The notes under the pieces were generated by a model. It was not told the DNA's origin. It saw nothing but the letters and a program-made list of their open reading frames with translations, and made no database searches. Below are positions 36,890 through 46,106 of a stretch of 64,000 nucleotides of DNA, in pieces. The first letter of the stretch is position 1. Each line of letters opens with the position of its first letter. Both the position numbers and the translations under genes were made by a program. Source of the DNA: Acinetobacter phage YMC13/03/R2096; sequence record KM672662.1. One strand, given 5' to 3'.

Positions 36890-38086
36890 ATGTCTGAATA
36901 TTTATGGGACAGGAAGATCAGGGTTACAGTTTACAAACAAGGCTTGACAACTGATGAAATCACCCAAATCCTTGCAAGCACAGATGATGGCCTTGAAGAG
37001 GGTTTCGATAGAAGCCCAACTCAGACAGGTATTTTAAAGTTTGAAATTGATCAAGAGTTACCTATTGAGTTTGAGATTACGAAAACTCTAGACAATAGTG
37101 GAAAGAATAACTCTGCAAGTTTAAGAATATACAATATTAGTGAAGATACTGCAAAAACTATGGGCCACCAAATGCTCACAGTTAAAATTGAAGTAGCTTA
37201 TAGAGGTATGCCTCTTACACCAATCTTCTTAGGGGATGTTATTAGTGCATCCTACAAAAGAGGTAAAGAAGGAAACTATGCTGACTTTGAAATGAGTCAA
37301 TCATACCTAATACAAAATACAGGAATCAAGTTCTCTGCTACATTCCCTGCTGGGATGACCTATGCGGAAGCTGTGTTTTTTGTTTTAGATTTTTACAGTT
37401 TTGCTGGTGAGTTTTACTCTGCCAAAGAAGATGAAATTGCCATGTTCCAAAAGCCATTACCTTATGGGTTAAGCTTAGAGGGAAACATGGCTGAATGTTT
37501 AGCAAAGCTTTTAAAGCCTATAGGTATGAATTGGCACATTACTCAAGCTAACACTATTCAAATTTTTACTGATAGGGTTTTTGAGGAAGGTGGCACTAGT
37601 GGAACAATCTCAAAACAAGGTCTAGTTCCCAATAAAACACAATCAAGTGATGTTACAACAAGCACTGGTTTAACAATATACTCATTCGATGCTGATAGTG
37701 GTTTGATTGAAAAACCATACCTAAAAACTGAGACAGTTACGAAAAGAATGGGTGAGGTCGCTAACAACGAAACATTCATTGCAGTAAAACCTACAAAGTC
37801 AAAAGCTAAATCTACAAGTGAAGCGGTTGGTACAAATAAAAAGAAAACCAAAAAAGCTGTAAAGACACCAAACAAACCGAAGATCACTGTAGCTCGACAA
37901 GTTGTTGAGTTTAAAACCTTACTATTACCTCAGATAGAACCAAAAACGGTTGTTGATATTGTTTCCAAAACACAGGAAAACATTAGTGGTCGTTACGGAA
38001 TCTTAGAGGTTAAATATACAGGTGCCAGCTATGATGATAAATGGTACTGTGAATGCATCGGAGTTGCAACCAGTAAGATAGATTAA
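36890..38086 (+). CDS. baseplate hub-like protein
   Basis: 398 aa. Confidence 0.4.
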   Translation: MSEYLWDRKIRVTVYKQGLTTDEITQILASTDDGLEEGFDRSPTQTGILKFEIDQELPIEFEITKTLDNSGKNNSASLRIYNISEDTAKTMGHQMLTVKIEVAYRGMPLTPIFLGDVISASYKRGKEGNYADFEMSQSYLIQNTGIKFSATFPAGMTYAEAVFFVLDFYSFAGEFYSAKEDEIAMFQKPLPYGLSLEGNMAECLAKLLKPIGMNWHITQANTIQIFTDRVFEEGGTSGTISKQGLVPNKTQSSDVTTSTGLTIYSFDADSGLIEKPYLKTETVTKRMGEVANNETFIAVKPTKSKAKSTSEAVGTNKKKTKKAVKTPNKPKITVARQVVEFKTLLLPQIEPKTVVDIVSKTQENISGRYGILEVKYTGASYDDKWYCECIGVATSKID

Positions 38087-38090
38087 AGGA

Positions 38091-38840
38091 GTGAACATGA
38101 ATACAGATTTTATCACAGCACTAAAGAAAGGTGCACAAACCCAGACTGAGAACAGGTACTATTGTTTACCAGCCGAGGTTGTTGGTGTTGCCAATCTTGA
38201 TAAGGGTGTAATTGATGTAAAACCAATTATTGAACGAGTGTATGATGATGGATCTGTAAATGAAGTTCCTACCATATTATCTGTGCCAATAGCACACCCA
38301 CACACAAGAAATAGTGCCATAATGTTGCCAGTAAATCAAGGTGACAGTGTACTTTTAGTTTTCTCTCAAAGGGATATTTCTGCATTTAAAGGTGGAGCAA
38401 GAAGTTCTCATGAACCAGAAACAAGAAGAGTTCATGATTTAAATGATGCCTTTGCCATTCTTGGAATTAGTCCCCTAGAGGAAAGCCCTTATGCATCACA
38501 GCAGCATTCCTTGCCACACTCCACAAGTGATGTTGTTGTGGTGCATAATTTAGGTTCTTCAAATGAAAATGAAGTAAGACTAAAACGCAATGGAGACATT
38601 GAGTTAACTACACCAAATAATTTCGTAGTTAATGCAAAAACAGCACAATTTAATGTTGACAAATTGATAAATACGGGTGATAATATTGTAGAGGGAGACT
38701 CTACTGTAAATAGCAACCAGACAGTTAATGGAATGACTAATCTTGTTGGTGGTGGTGTTGCCAAGGGAATCTCTCTAGAACAACATAGACACCATTACAC
38801 CGATGATGGTAATGATATGATTACAGACCCTCCACAATAG
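38091..38840 (+). CDS. baseplate spike-like protein
   Basis: 249 aa. Confidence 0.4.
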   Translation: MNMNTDFITALKKGAQTQTENRYYCLPAEVVGVANLDKGVIDVKPIIERVYDDGSVNEVPTILSVPIAHPHTRNSAIMLPVNQGDSVLLVFSQRDISAFKGGARSSHEPETRRVHDLNDAFAILGISPLEESPYASQQHSLPHSTSDVVVVHNLGSSNENEVRLKRNGDIELTTPNNFVVNAKTAQFNVDKLINTGDNIVEGDSTVNSNQTVNGMTNLVGGGVAKGISLEQHRHHYTDDGNDMITDPPQ

Positions 38841-38860
38841 TGAGGGTTTATTTTTAAGGG

Positions 38861-39277
38861 GTGTATATGGACATACTATTAGTAAATGGGAAGGTTTCCA
38901 TTACAGGAAATCAACTCCATCCAACAACAGACCTTGCCAGTAAAGTTTCCCAAAGAATCTACGTAAGACTTAAAAGCAACAAAGGTTACTGGTTTCTTGA
39001 TACTACCTTTGGGGTTGCTTGGCTTGATGAAATCTTTGGAAAAAGAAGAACTAAAGCTGCAATTGATACTCGACTTCAACAAGAAGTCTTGAAAGACACT
39101 TATATTGAAAGAATTAGTTCTTGGTCATCTAACATTGATGGCCGTTCCTATAGTTGTCAATTTACCATACAGGTTATAAGAAGTCAAGATGAGGATAACA
39201 CAATTACCATGAGGTTAGTTGGTAACGAATCTGGTCTTATCCTTCAAGATAGTCTAGGTAATGTATATGAAATATAG
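38861..39277 (+). CDS. gp25/GPW-like baseplate wedge protein
   Basis: 138 aa. Its size and sequence pattern fit the GPW/gp25 family. Confidence 0.5.
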   Translation: MYMDILLVNGKVSITGNQLHPTTDLASKVSQRIYVRLKSNKGYWFLDTTFGVAWLDEIFGKRRTKAAIDTRLQQEVLKDTYIERISSWSSNIDGRSYSCQFTIQVIRSQDEDNTITMRLVGNESGLILQDSLGNVYEI

Positions 39278-39286
39278 GAGGCTTAA

Positions 39287-40750
39287 ATGGCTAGAACTGT
39301 AAATGGAGTTTTACAAAGAGATTCTTTATCAGATATTAGAACAAAGCTAAGAACCAAAGCTGTTGAGATTTTCCAAGAAGTTACACCTTATGGTCAATCA
39401 GTTGATACAGACCCAGCTTCTATTTTAGGTAGATGGATTGATATTAATGCTGAAGCAAAATACGACCTTGAAGAAATAACTGAGTATCTTATTAATATGG
39501 CTGACTTAGACACAGCCGAAGGTAACAAACTTGAAGACATTACCAGTTTAGGTGGTATTGATAGACTACAGTCAACAGCTTCTCAGGTTTTACTTGTTGT
39601 TGTAGCTAAACCATATACAGTTATCCCAGCAGGTTCATTCATTAAGAGTGCTTACACTAACGACACTTTCTCAACCGACTATGAAATTCAAATCCAATCG
39701 ACACAAGGAGAAGGCGGTGTTTTTGGTTATGACCTCAATGTTGCTGACTCTAGTGATCCAAACTTTAACTACGTCTTCACATGGCAACGAGATTCATCTC
39801 CGAGCACAAACATTAATGTTAATGTACAACGTGGCACTGGTTCTTTTGACTCTTTTCTACAACTACTTGTAGATACAATCAATCAAACAACCAATGATGT
39901 ATTTGCTGAGATATCTTCAGATGGCTATCTTAAGATCACTACAACAGATTACAATGAGACAATATCATTGAGATTAACAGCAAGTCAAGTTGTTAATGTT
40001 TACCAAGGTGTTGAAGCAACCTGTACTAACTTAGGTGCTGTATCGGCTGATGCTGGTACTTTAACTTCAATTCAAAGTCCTGTTAATGGTTGGTTGTCAG
40101 TTAATAACCCTTTTGATGCTTCTATTGGTTCAGAAATTCAAACCGATGAAGAATTGAGAGATTACTATAAATCAGCTAAAAACTTTGGTGGGTCAAGTAC
40201 TTTGAATGCTCTTCAAGCTTCCTTGTACAGAGTCTCAGGAGTTAAATACGTCTATATCAGTGAGAACACCTCTAACATTACCACAACAATGCCTTCACAC
40301 TCATTCAGTGCTGTAGTTCTTGGCGGAAGAAGAGATGATATCGCACAGGTTATCTTCGAAAATAAACCTCTAGGTATTAACTCTTTTGGTTCTTCTGAAG
40401 GTAATGCTGTTGATATCAACGGAAACAACTACACTGTTAATTTTAGTCGGCCTGAGTTTGTTCCTATTGCTATCAGAATCAGTCTTACACAACAAGCTGG
40501 TTTCGAAAATAGTAACTACGATCAAATTAGACAGAATATTATCAACTATCTAAACAGTATGCAATATGGTGGAGGGGTTGTTTCAATATCAAGACTTTAT
40601 ACACCAATTAATGCGGTGCCAAACCACTATATTAATAGTTTGGAAATTGGTCGAATAGTGAATGGTGTACCTGAATATGGAACATCAAACATTACCCTTC
40701 AATATAATGAGATACCAACAATCAATCCAGAAAACATCCAATTCTACTAG
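39287..40750 (+). CDS. baseplate J-like protein
   Basis: 487 aa. It lies directly after the gp25-like gene. Confidence 0.5.
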   Translation: MARTVNGVLQRDSLSDIRTKLRTKAVEIFQEVTPYGQSVDTDPASILGRWIDINAEAKYDLEEITEYLINMADLDTAEGNKLEDITSLGGIDRLQSTASQVLLVVVAKPYTVIPAGSFIKSAYTNDTFSTDYEIQIQSTQGEGGVFGYDLNVADSSDPNFNYVFTWQRDSSPSTNINVNVQRGTGSFDSFLQLLVDTINQTTNDVFAEISSDGYLKITTTDYNETISLRLTASQVVNVYQGVEATCTNLGAVSADAGTLTSIQSPVNGWLSVNNPFDASIGSEIQTDEELRDYYKSAKNFGGSSTLNALQASLYRVSGVKYVYISENTSNITTTMPSHSFSAVVLGGRRDDIAQVIFENKPLGINSFGSSEGNAVDINGNNYTVNFSRPEFVPIAIRISLTQQAGFENSNYDQIRQNIINYLNSMQYGGGVVSISRLYTPINAVPNHYINSLEIGRIVNGVPEYGTSNITLQYNEIPTINPENIQFY

Positions 40751-40758
40751 GAGGTTAT

Positions 40759-41385
40759 ATGATAGATCATAGCTTCACAGAAAAAGCTCGATCAAGATAT
40801 ACAGGAACCTTTAAGGGTGATGGTGTTTTTGATTGTGCAGTTAGAACTGGTATTGCATATGAACAAGATTGCTTAGATCAGTTTGATGACTTTGTTGATA
40901 AGCTTTTCAACATTGACAAATCTTCTGGTTTGATGTTGGACCTTATAGGTAAAATTGTAGGTCAGGATAGGGTTTTAATTTCTTACACTGACCAGACAAA
41001 CTTTGGTTTCTTAGGTCACCCCTTGGCAGAATCCTTTGGTACAAAAGCAAATCCAAATATTGGTGGTTATTGGAAGAGTTCTTCGTCTTCCAGCACTATT
41101 TATAGAAAGATGGCTGATGACACTTACAGGACTGTCTTAAAGGCAAGAATTGCATCAAACATCTCTAGAGGAACTATCAATGACTTCCTCAGAGTTATAA
41201 ATATTCTTACTGGTCACACTAGATCTCAAATTATTGAGGGTCCTGAAAGTGGTAGTGTCACTTTGGTAATCCCTTCAGGTAATGCAACATTAGTTCAATA
41301 TTATTATACACGTATAGGACAGCCAGATCAAATTCTGCCAATTCCTGTAGGTGTTAGTTTAAAAGTTATTATTGTAGAGGAATAA
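40759..41385 (+). CDS. baseplate or tail fibre-associated protein
   Basis: 208 aa. Confidence 0.4.
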   Translation: MIDHSFTEKARSRYTGTFKGDGVFDCAVRTGIAYEQDCLDQFDDFVDKLFNIDKSSGLMLDLIGKIVGQDRVLISYTDQTNFGFLGHPLAESFGTKANPNIGGYWKSSSSSSTIYRKMADDTYRTVLKARIASNISRGTINDFLRVINILTGHTRSQIIEGPESGSVTLVIPSGNATLVQYYYTRIGQPDQILPIPVGVSLKVIIVEE

Positions 41386-41386
41386 A

Positions 41387-42466
41387 ATGGCAAGAATTAA
41401 CAAGCCCAACGACTACAATGTTATTTGGGCACAATCAGGTGGTAAATCTGATATTACAGCTAAGATTCCTGAAGGTTGGGTTGTTGAGATTCCTGACTTT
41501 GAAGATATGAATGCCCTTCAGTACAGACAAGATAGAGCCATTGCTTATCTTCTACAAGCTGGTGTTCCTGAGTGGGATTCTAGTAGTGTTTACTATGTAA
41601 ACCAAATTACAAACAGAAGTGGTGTATTGTACAGAGCTATTCAAGAAAACCAAGGAAGAGACCCTTCGACCTCAGTTGCTAATGGTTATTGGGAAAAATT
41701 ATCACCTTCTTATGCTGAGTTCATAACACTTCAAAATAGGATAAACTCAACAGATCCCTTCTCACAGTATATTCTTAAAACTCAACCAGTAGTTTCTGTA
41801 TCTATGGGTGCCACTGGTTATCGGTCTAACATTGAGCCGACCACAGGTATGTTCTTTAACGGTACTGAGATGGAGTTTAGAAAATCAGGTGCAACTACAG
41901 CAGTTATCCCTCCAGAAACATTGAGTATTGAGGATAATAGCAAATATTTAGCAACAACTGCTTGGGTAAAATCTTTAATTGCAGACGAGATTGCTAAAGT
42001 TACAACTAAGTTCCAAATTGGGATTGGTGAATCAATTATCAGTAACAACCCACAAAATCCAGCTACAACTAAAGGGTATGGTGTTTGGGCTTTAGATTGC
42101 CAAGGTAGAACCATTGTTGGTGTTTCACAAAATACAACAGATCCTACTTGGACGAAAACTGTAAATAGTTTGTTTGGTGCTTATACACATACATTGAGTA
42201 CCGCAGAAATGCCTAGCCACAACCACTATACTGATCAAAGGTTCAATAAGTTATCTGCGATGGCAGAAGATGTTTATGATGATCCTGCTATTAGGACTTC
42301 TACTCCAAGCGGATTCGACTACAACAATATGTGGGAAGAGTTAGGTACTGGACGGATCACAGCTCAGGCTAAAGTCCTCATGCAGATCAAAGATGTTGGT
42401 GGTAACCAAGCACATAATAACGTACAGCCATCACAAACCAAGTATATCTGGACAAGAATCGCTTAA
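41387..42466 (+). CDS. tail fibre-like protein
   Basis: 359 aa. Confidence 0.45.
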   Translation: MARINKPNDYNVIWAQSGGKSDITAKIPEGWVVEIPDFEDMNALQYRQDRAIAYLLQAGVPEWDSSSVYYVNQITNRSGVLYRAIQENQGRDPSTSVANGYWEKLSPSYAEFITLQNRINSTDPFSQYILKTQPVVSVSMGATGYRSNIEPTTGMFFNGTEMEFRKSGATTAVIPPETLSIEDNSKYLATTAWVKSLIADEIAKVTTKFQIGIGESIISNNPQNPATTKGYGVWALDCQGRTIVGVSQNTTDPTWTKTVNSLFGAYTHTLSTAEMPSHNHYTDQRFNKLSAMAEDVYDDPAIRTSTPSGFDYNNMWEELGTGRITAQAKVLMQIKDVGGNQAHNNVQPSQTKYIWTRIA

Positions 42467-42478
42467 TTAGGAGTAGGA

Positions 42479-42865
42479 GTGATGGAGATATTTTCAATTA
42501 GTACAGCTATTGCCTTCATCAAACCTATAATTCCAAATATCATCGGTGGTGCTTTATCCATTAAGGATGAGATAACAAGTGGTGCTAAAGAACAATCTTT
42601 CAAGAGGTATTTTGTTCTTTTCACCATGTTTATCTTGGCAGTATCTTTTGGGTACTACCTTGGTGGCTTTATTATTGAGTATTTGAAGATAGAGAAATGG
42701 AGTGGTGACTTGCCCACATTCTCTTATGCAATGATCATGATATTAGCCACAGCATCAAGTCTAAGGTTTATTAAGAAATTCACAAGCCGTATCGAAGAAA
42801 TATTGGATTTAATCTTTGATGGTTTTATCGGCTTGATCAAAACCATATTTAAGATGGATAAGTGA
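42479..42865 (+). CDS. membrane protein
   Basis: 128 aa with two or three TM helices. Confidence 0.4.
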   Translation: MMEIFSISTAIAFIKPIIPNIIGGALSIKDEITSGAKEQSFKRYFVLFTMFILAVSFGYYLGGFIIEYLKIEKWSGDLPTFSYAMIMILATASSLRFIKKFTSRIEEILDLIFDGFIGLIKTIFKMDK

Positions 42866-42886
42866 TAGCCATGAAGGAGTTATCGA

Positions 42887-43213
42887 ATGAATAACATTAT
42901 CGACAGTATTACTGCATCTTTTGTTGGAATAGCTTTGTTGCTAACCCCAACAGTTGTATTCCAAGGGGTGATGGTTGCACTTGTCGCCTTTTTCATTTGG
43001 ATTGAGTATTTCTCAAAGAAATTTGATAAGAATGGTTTTATGTATGTGATGTTCACATTTATAGGAATGTCAGCATCCATACTCTATTACTATGCCCCTA
43101 GTATTCAGACCGATTTTGGTTGGACTATAGCGTTAATTACATTTAGTTTATACACAATATACTTCTTAAAGTATATCTGGAGAATGAGAAAAGATAATCG
43201 CACAGGAGATTAG
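42887..43213 (+). CDS. membrane protein (holin-like candidate)
   Basis: 108 aa with three TM helices and a charged C-terminus. Confidence 0.35.
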   Translation: MNNIIDSITASFVGIALLLTPTVVFQGVMVALVAFFIWIEYFSKKFDKNGFMYVMFTFIGMSASILYYYAPSIQTDFGWTIALITFSLYTIYFLKYIWRMRKDNRTGD

Positions 43214-43214
43214 A

Positions 43215-44459
43215 ATGGAACAACTTGTTTTAAATATTAATAAAGTCCCTGTTGTGGAAGCATCTCAATTTAAATACTCAGACCATATTTTTGTTTCAGT
43301 TAATGGTCAATTTAAAAGAATGAAAAGAACCGATCTCATTACCTTATTGAGTGCTGATGTTAAAGGTGAAAAAGGTGATAGAGGTCCGATTGGTTTACAA
43401 GGTAGGACTGGAGCTACAGGTGCAACTGGTGCCACAGGAGCTACAGGTGCAACTGGAGATAAAGGCGATAAGGGAGATCGTGGAGATCGTGGTTTCCGAG
43501 GATGGTCACCAGTCTTCAAATCAGTGGCTGAAGATGGTTCTATTTACCTATACTTAAGTGATTGGGTTGGTGGTGAAAATACAAAACCTAATGTTCTGGG
43601 TTATATCTCACCTACAGGGATTGTAAACTATATCACTGAGGGCGCAACTGCAATCAACACTGACTTTGCACCACAGATCAATGACCTTCAAGCAAATAAA
43701 CTAGACGTTGGCTCTACAACTAGTGCTATCCCTGAAGGTTCAAACCTATATTATACAGATGAACGAGTTCGTGCTGCAACCCTTACAGGTCTTTCTACAG
43801 CGACCTCTACAGCTATTGTAGCGACCGATACTGTATTAAGTGCATTTGGCAAGGCACAGGCTCAACTTAACCTTAAACAGAACAGTGCAAGTTTAGGAAC
43901 AGATGTACAAGCTACAGTTCTATCTACTTACACCGTTGGTGGTAATACAGCAATTGCCAACACTGATACCATAGCAGCAGCTTTTGGTAAAGCTCAAGGG
44001 CAAATTAATGCTAGACAACTTTCAGCCAATCTTTCATCTGATGTTCAGGCGTTAGTACTTTCAAGTTATGTTGTTGGTTCTAACACAGCTTTAGCCAATA
44101 CAGATACTTTCATTGCTGCTCTTGGCAAGTTGCAAGGTCAGATCAATGCTAGAGAGGTAGCTGCTAATGTACCAGCAGATGTTAGGGCAACAGTTCTTAC
44201 AGGTCTTTCTACAGCGAGTTCTACAGCAATTACTGCTACAGATACTGTCTTGTCAGCCTTCGGGAAATTACAAGCCCAAGTCAACTTGAAACAAGACTCA
44301 TCTACTCTAGCTGCAAGTGTAAGATCAACAACCCTTACAGGTTTCTCTGCAACACCAAACTCAGCAGTAGTGGCAGCAGATACACTATTGGCAGCAATAG
44401 GAAAATTACAGGCTCAAGTTGATAGTTTATCTTCTAGAGTAACAGCACTAGGAGGATAA
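43215..44459 (+). CDS. collagen-like tail fibre protein with tandem 35-aa repeats
   Basis: A Gly-X-Y tract (GEKGDRGPIGLQGRTGATGATGATGATGATGDKGDKGDRGDRGFRG) is followed by four repeats of the form TLTGLSTA.STAI.ATDTVLSAFGK.QAQ.NLKQ.S. Confidence 0.7.
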   Translation: MEQLVLNINKVPVVEASQFKYSDHIFVSVNGQFKRMKRTDLITLLSADVKGEKGDRGPIGLQGRTGATGATGATGATGATGDKGDKGDRGDRGFRGWSPVFKSVAEDGSIYLYLSDWVGGENTKPNVLGYISPTGIVNYITEGATAINTDFAPQINDLQANKLDVGSTTSAIPEGSNLYYTDERVRAATLTGLSTATSTAIVATDTVLSAFGKAQAQLNLKQNSASLGTDVQATVLSTYTVGGNTAIANTDTIAAAFGKAQGQINARQLSANLSSDVQALVLSSYVVGSNTALANTDTFIAALGKLQGQINAREVAANVPADVRATVLTGLSTASSTAITATDTVLSAFGKLQAQVNLKQDSSTLAASVRSTTLTGFSATPNSAVVAADTLLAAIGKLQAQVDSLSSRVTALGG

Positions 44460-44460
44460 T

Positions 44461-45027
44461 ATGGCAACAACTTTTCTAGAGGAAACTGTAGAAGTTTCAA
44501 TTTCTCGTGAAGAGGCACCAACAACCTCTTCAGGGGTTGACCTAAGAAATATTTTAATTGTTAGCAACAACCCTAGATATTCAGATAGTCATCGAACTTA
44601 CTCATCTGTTTCTGAAATGAAAATGGATGGTTTTACCAGTGATGACTTCGCTTTAAAATTTGCTGCTCTTTACTTCCCAAACACAGCAATACCCTACGAT
44701 AGACCAAAGCTTATTGTATCTGGTGGTGCTCTTCTAACGGATTACCATGAGTATGTTAACAAGATATCTCAAGTATTGCAATCAACAGATAACTTTGGAT
44801 TGATTGTTACTGATGGTTTATATAGAGGCTTGACTGAGGAACAAGGTGCCAACTTTGTAATTAATGTTGCCCAGTATGTTGAAACTACTGAGAAGTTTTA
44901 TGCAGTTTTTCTCGACAATAGATTTATGCCTGAATACAAACAATTCATCCATGCAGCTAGTGACAATGTTGTACTAACAGAATCACCTGAAGGATTATTG
45001 ACAGAGAGTTCCTTTGTCAAAGAGTAA
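44461..45027 (+). CDS. hypothetical protein (fibre-associated?)
   Basis: 188 aa. Confidence 0.45.
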   Translation: MATTFLEETVEVSISREEAPTTSSGVDLRNILIVSNNPRYSDSHRTYSSVSEMKMDGFTSDDFALKFAALYFPNTAIPYDRPKLIVSGGALLTDYHEYVNKISQVLQSTDNFGLIVTDGLYRGLTEEQGANFVINVAQYVETTEKFYAVFLDNRFMPEYKQFIHAASDNVVLTESPEGLLTESSFVKE

Positions 45028-45053
45028 TTCAAGGCAGTTAAAAGGAGTTTAAC

Positions 45054-45728
45054 ATGGACATTTTAAAATTTAACTCTCGTGGTGATTTAGTAGTTCACCT
45101 ACAGAAAAAACTTGCATCATTAGGCTATAAGTTAAACCCAGATGGCATCTTTGGAAAGGACACTCAAGAAGCTGTTATTCATTTCCAAAGACAAAATGGC
45201 TTAACTTCTGATGGTATCGTTGGCAAGTTAACTTGGTCTATGTTGGACTCTAAAACTTCATCAATAGGTAAAACTAGAACAATTAGCCAAAACGGTATTG
45301 ACTTTATAAAAAGTTTTGAGGGTTTAAGGCTACGTGCTTATGACGATGGTGTTGGGGTTATAACTATTGGTTATGGCACAACTCGTTATCCAAATGGTCA
45401 TAAAGTTCAATTAGGCGATACCTGCACTGAAAAACAGGCAGAACAGTACTTAGCCAATGATTTAGTCAAGTTTGAAAAGGCTGTTAATGAACTAGTAAAA
45501 GTCCCAGTCAATCAAAATCAATATGATGCACTTGTTAGCTTCACATACAATGTTGGAGTAGGTGCATTATCAACAAGTAAGGCTTTAAAGCTTTTAAATG
45601 CTGGTGATTACACTGGTTGTGCTAAAGCTATGCTTTCTTGGAATAAAGGTCGTGTTGGTGGAAAACTTGTTGAAATCGGTGGTCTAACCAGAAGAAGAAA
45701 TGCAGAAAAAGATTTATTTTTAAAATAA
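45054..45728 (+). CDS. endolysin: N-terminal peptidoglycan-binding domain plus GH24 (T4-type) lysozyme
   Basis: The N-terminus is a PG_binding_1 repeat (LQKKLASLGY..DGIFG..T..AV..FQ). The catalytic part FIKSFEGLRLRAYDD..ITIGYGTT carries the catalytic Glu and the GH24 signature. Confidence 0.85.
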   Translation: MDILKFNSRGDLVVHLQKKLASLGYKLNPDGIFGKDTQEAVIHFQRQNGLTSDGIVGKLTWSMLDSKTSSIGKTRTISQNGIDFIKSFEGLRLRAYDDGVGVITIGYGTTRYPNGHKVQLGDTCTEKQAEQYLANDLVKFEKAVNELVKVPVNQNQYDALVSFTYNVGVGALSTSKALKLLNAGDYTGCAKAMLSWNKGRVGGKLVEIGGLTRRRNAEKDLFLK

Positions 45729-45749
45729 AAAGGATACAAGGAGAGATTT

Positions 45750-46031
45750 ATGGCTGATGTTTTAGTATCAGGTATCAAAATTTCAGAAATGGAATTAGTT
45801 AACGATGTAACAGGAGCTGAGAAAGTACCTACAGATCAAACAGGTGATAAAGCTATTAATATTGACCAGATATTAGCTTATGTTAATAGCAAGGTGAAAC
45901 CTGTTTGGGGAAACATTCAAGGTGATATTGATCAGCAAACTGACTTGATTGACATCATAACTGCTCAAAATGCCACATTGATAAATGAAATTGAACAGCT
46001 TAAACTTAGAGTTACACAACTAGAAACTTAA
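45750..46031 (+). CDS. small protein sharing the N-terminal module of the tailspike, with a coiled-coil C-terminus
   Basis: MADVLVSGIKISEMEL... matches MADVLVTGIKIGDMPL... of the 12032 product. The RBS is AAGGAGAG. Confidence 0.5.
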   Translation: MADVLVSGIKISEMELVNDVTGAEKVPTDQTGDKAINIDQILAYVNSKVKPVWGNIQGDIDQQTDLIDIITAQNATLINEIEQLKLRVTQLET

Positions 46032-46036
46032 AAAGA

Positions 46037-46086
46037 AACCCCTGAAGGAATTCCTTCCCCTGAAGGAATTCCTTCAGGGGTTTTTC
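46037..46086. terminator. bidirectional rho-independent terminator (24-bp perfect palindrome with EcoRI core, plus T-run)
   Basis: AAACCCCTGAAGGAATTCCTTC is partly duplicated, then CCCTGAAGGAATTCCTTCAGGGG followed by TTTTTC. Confidence 0.6.
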
Positions 46087-46106
46087 TATGGCTAAAAATT
46101 TATGAT

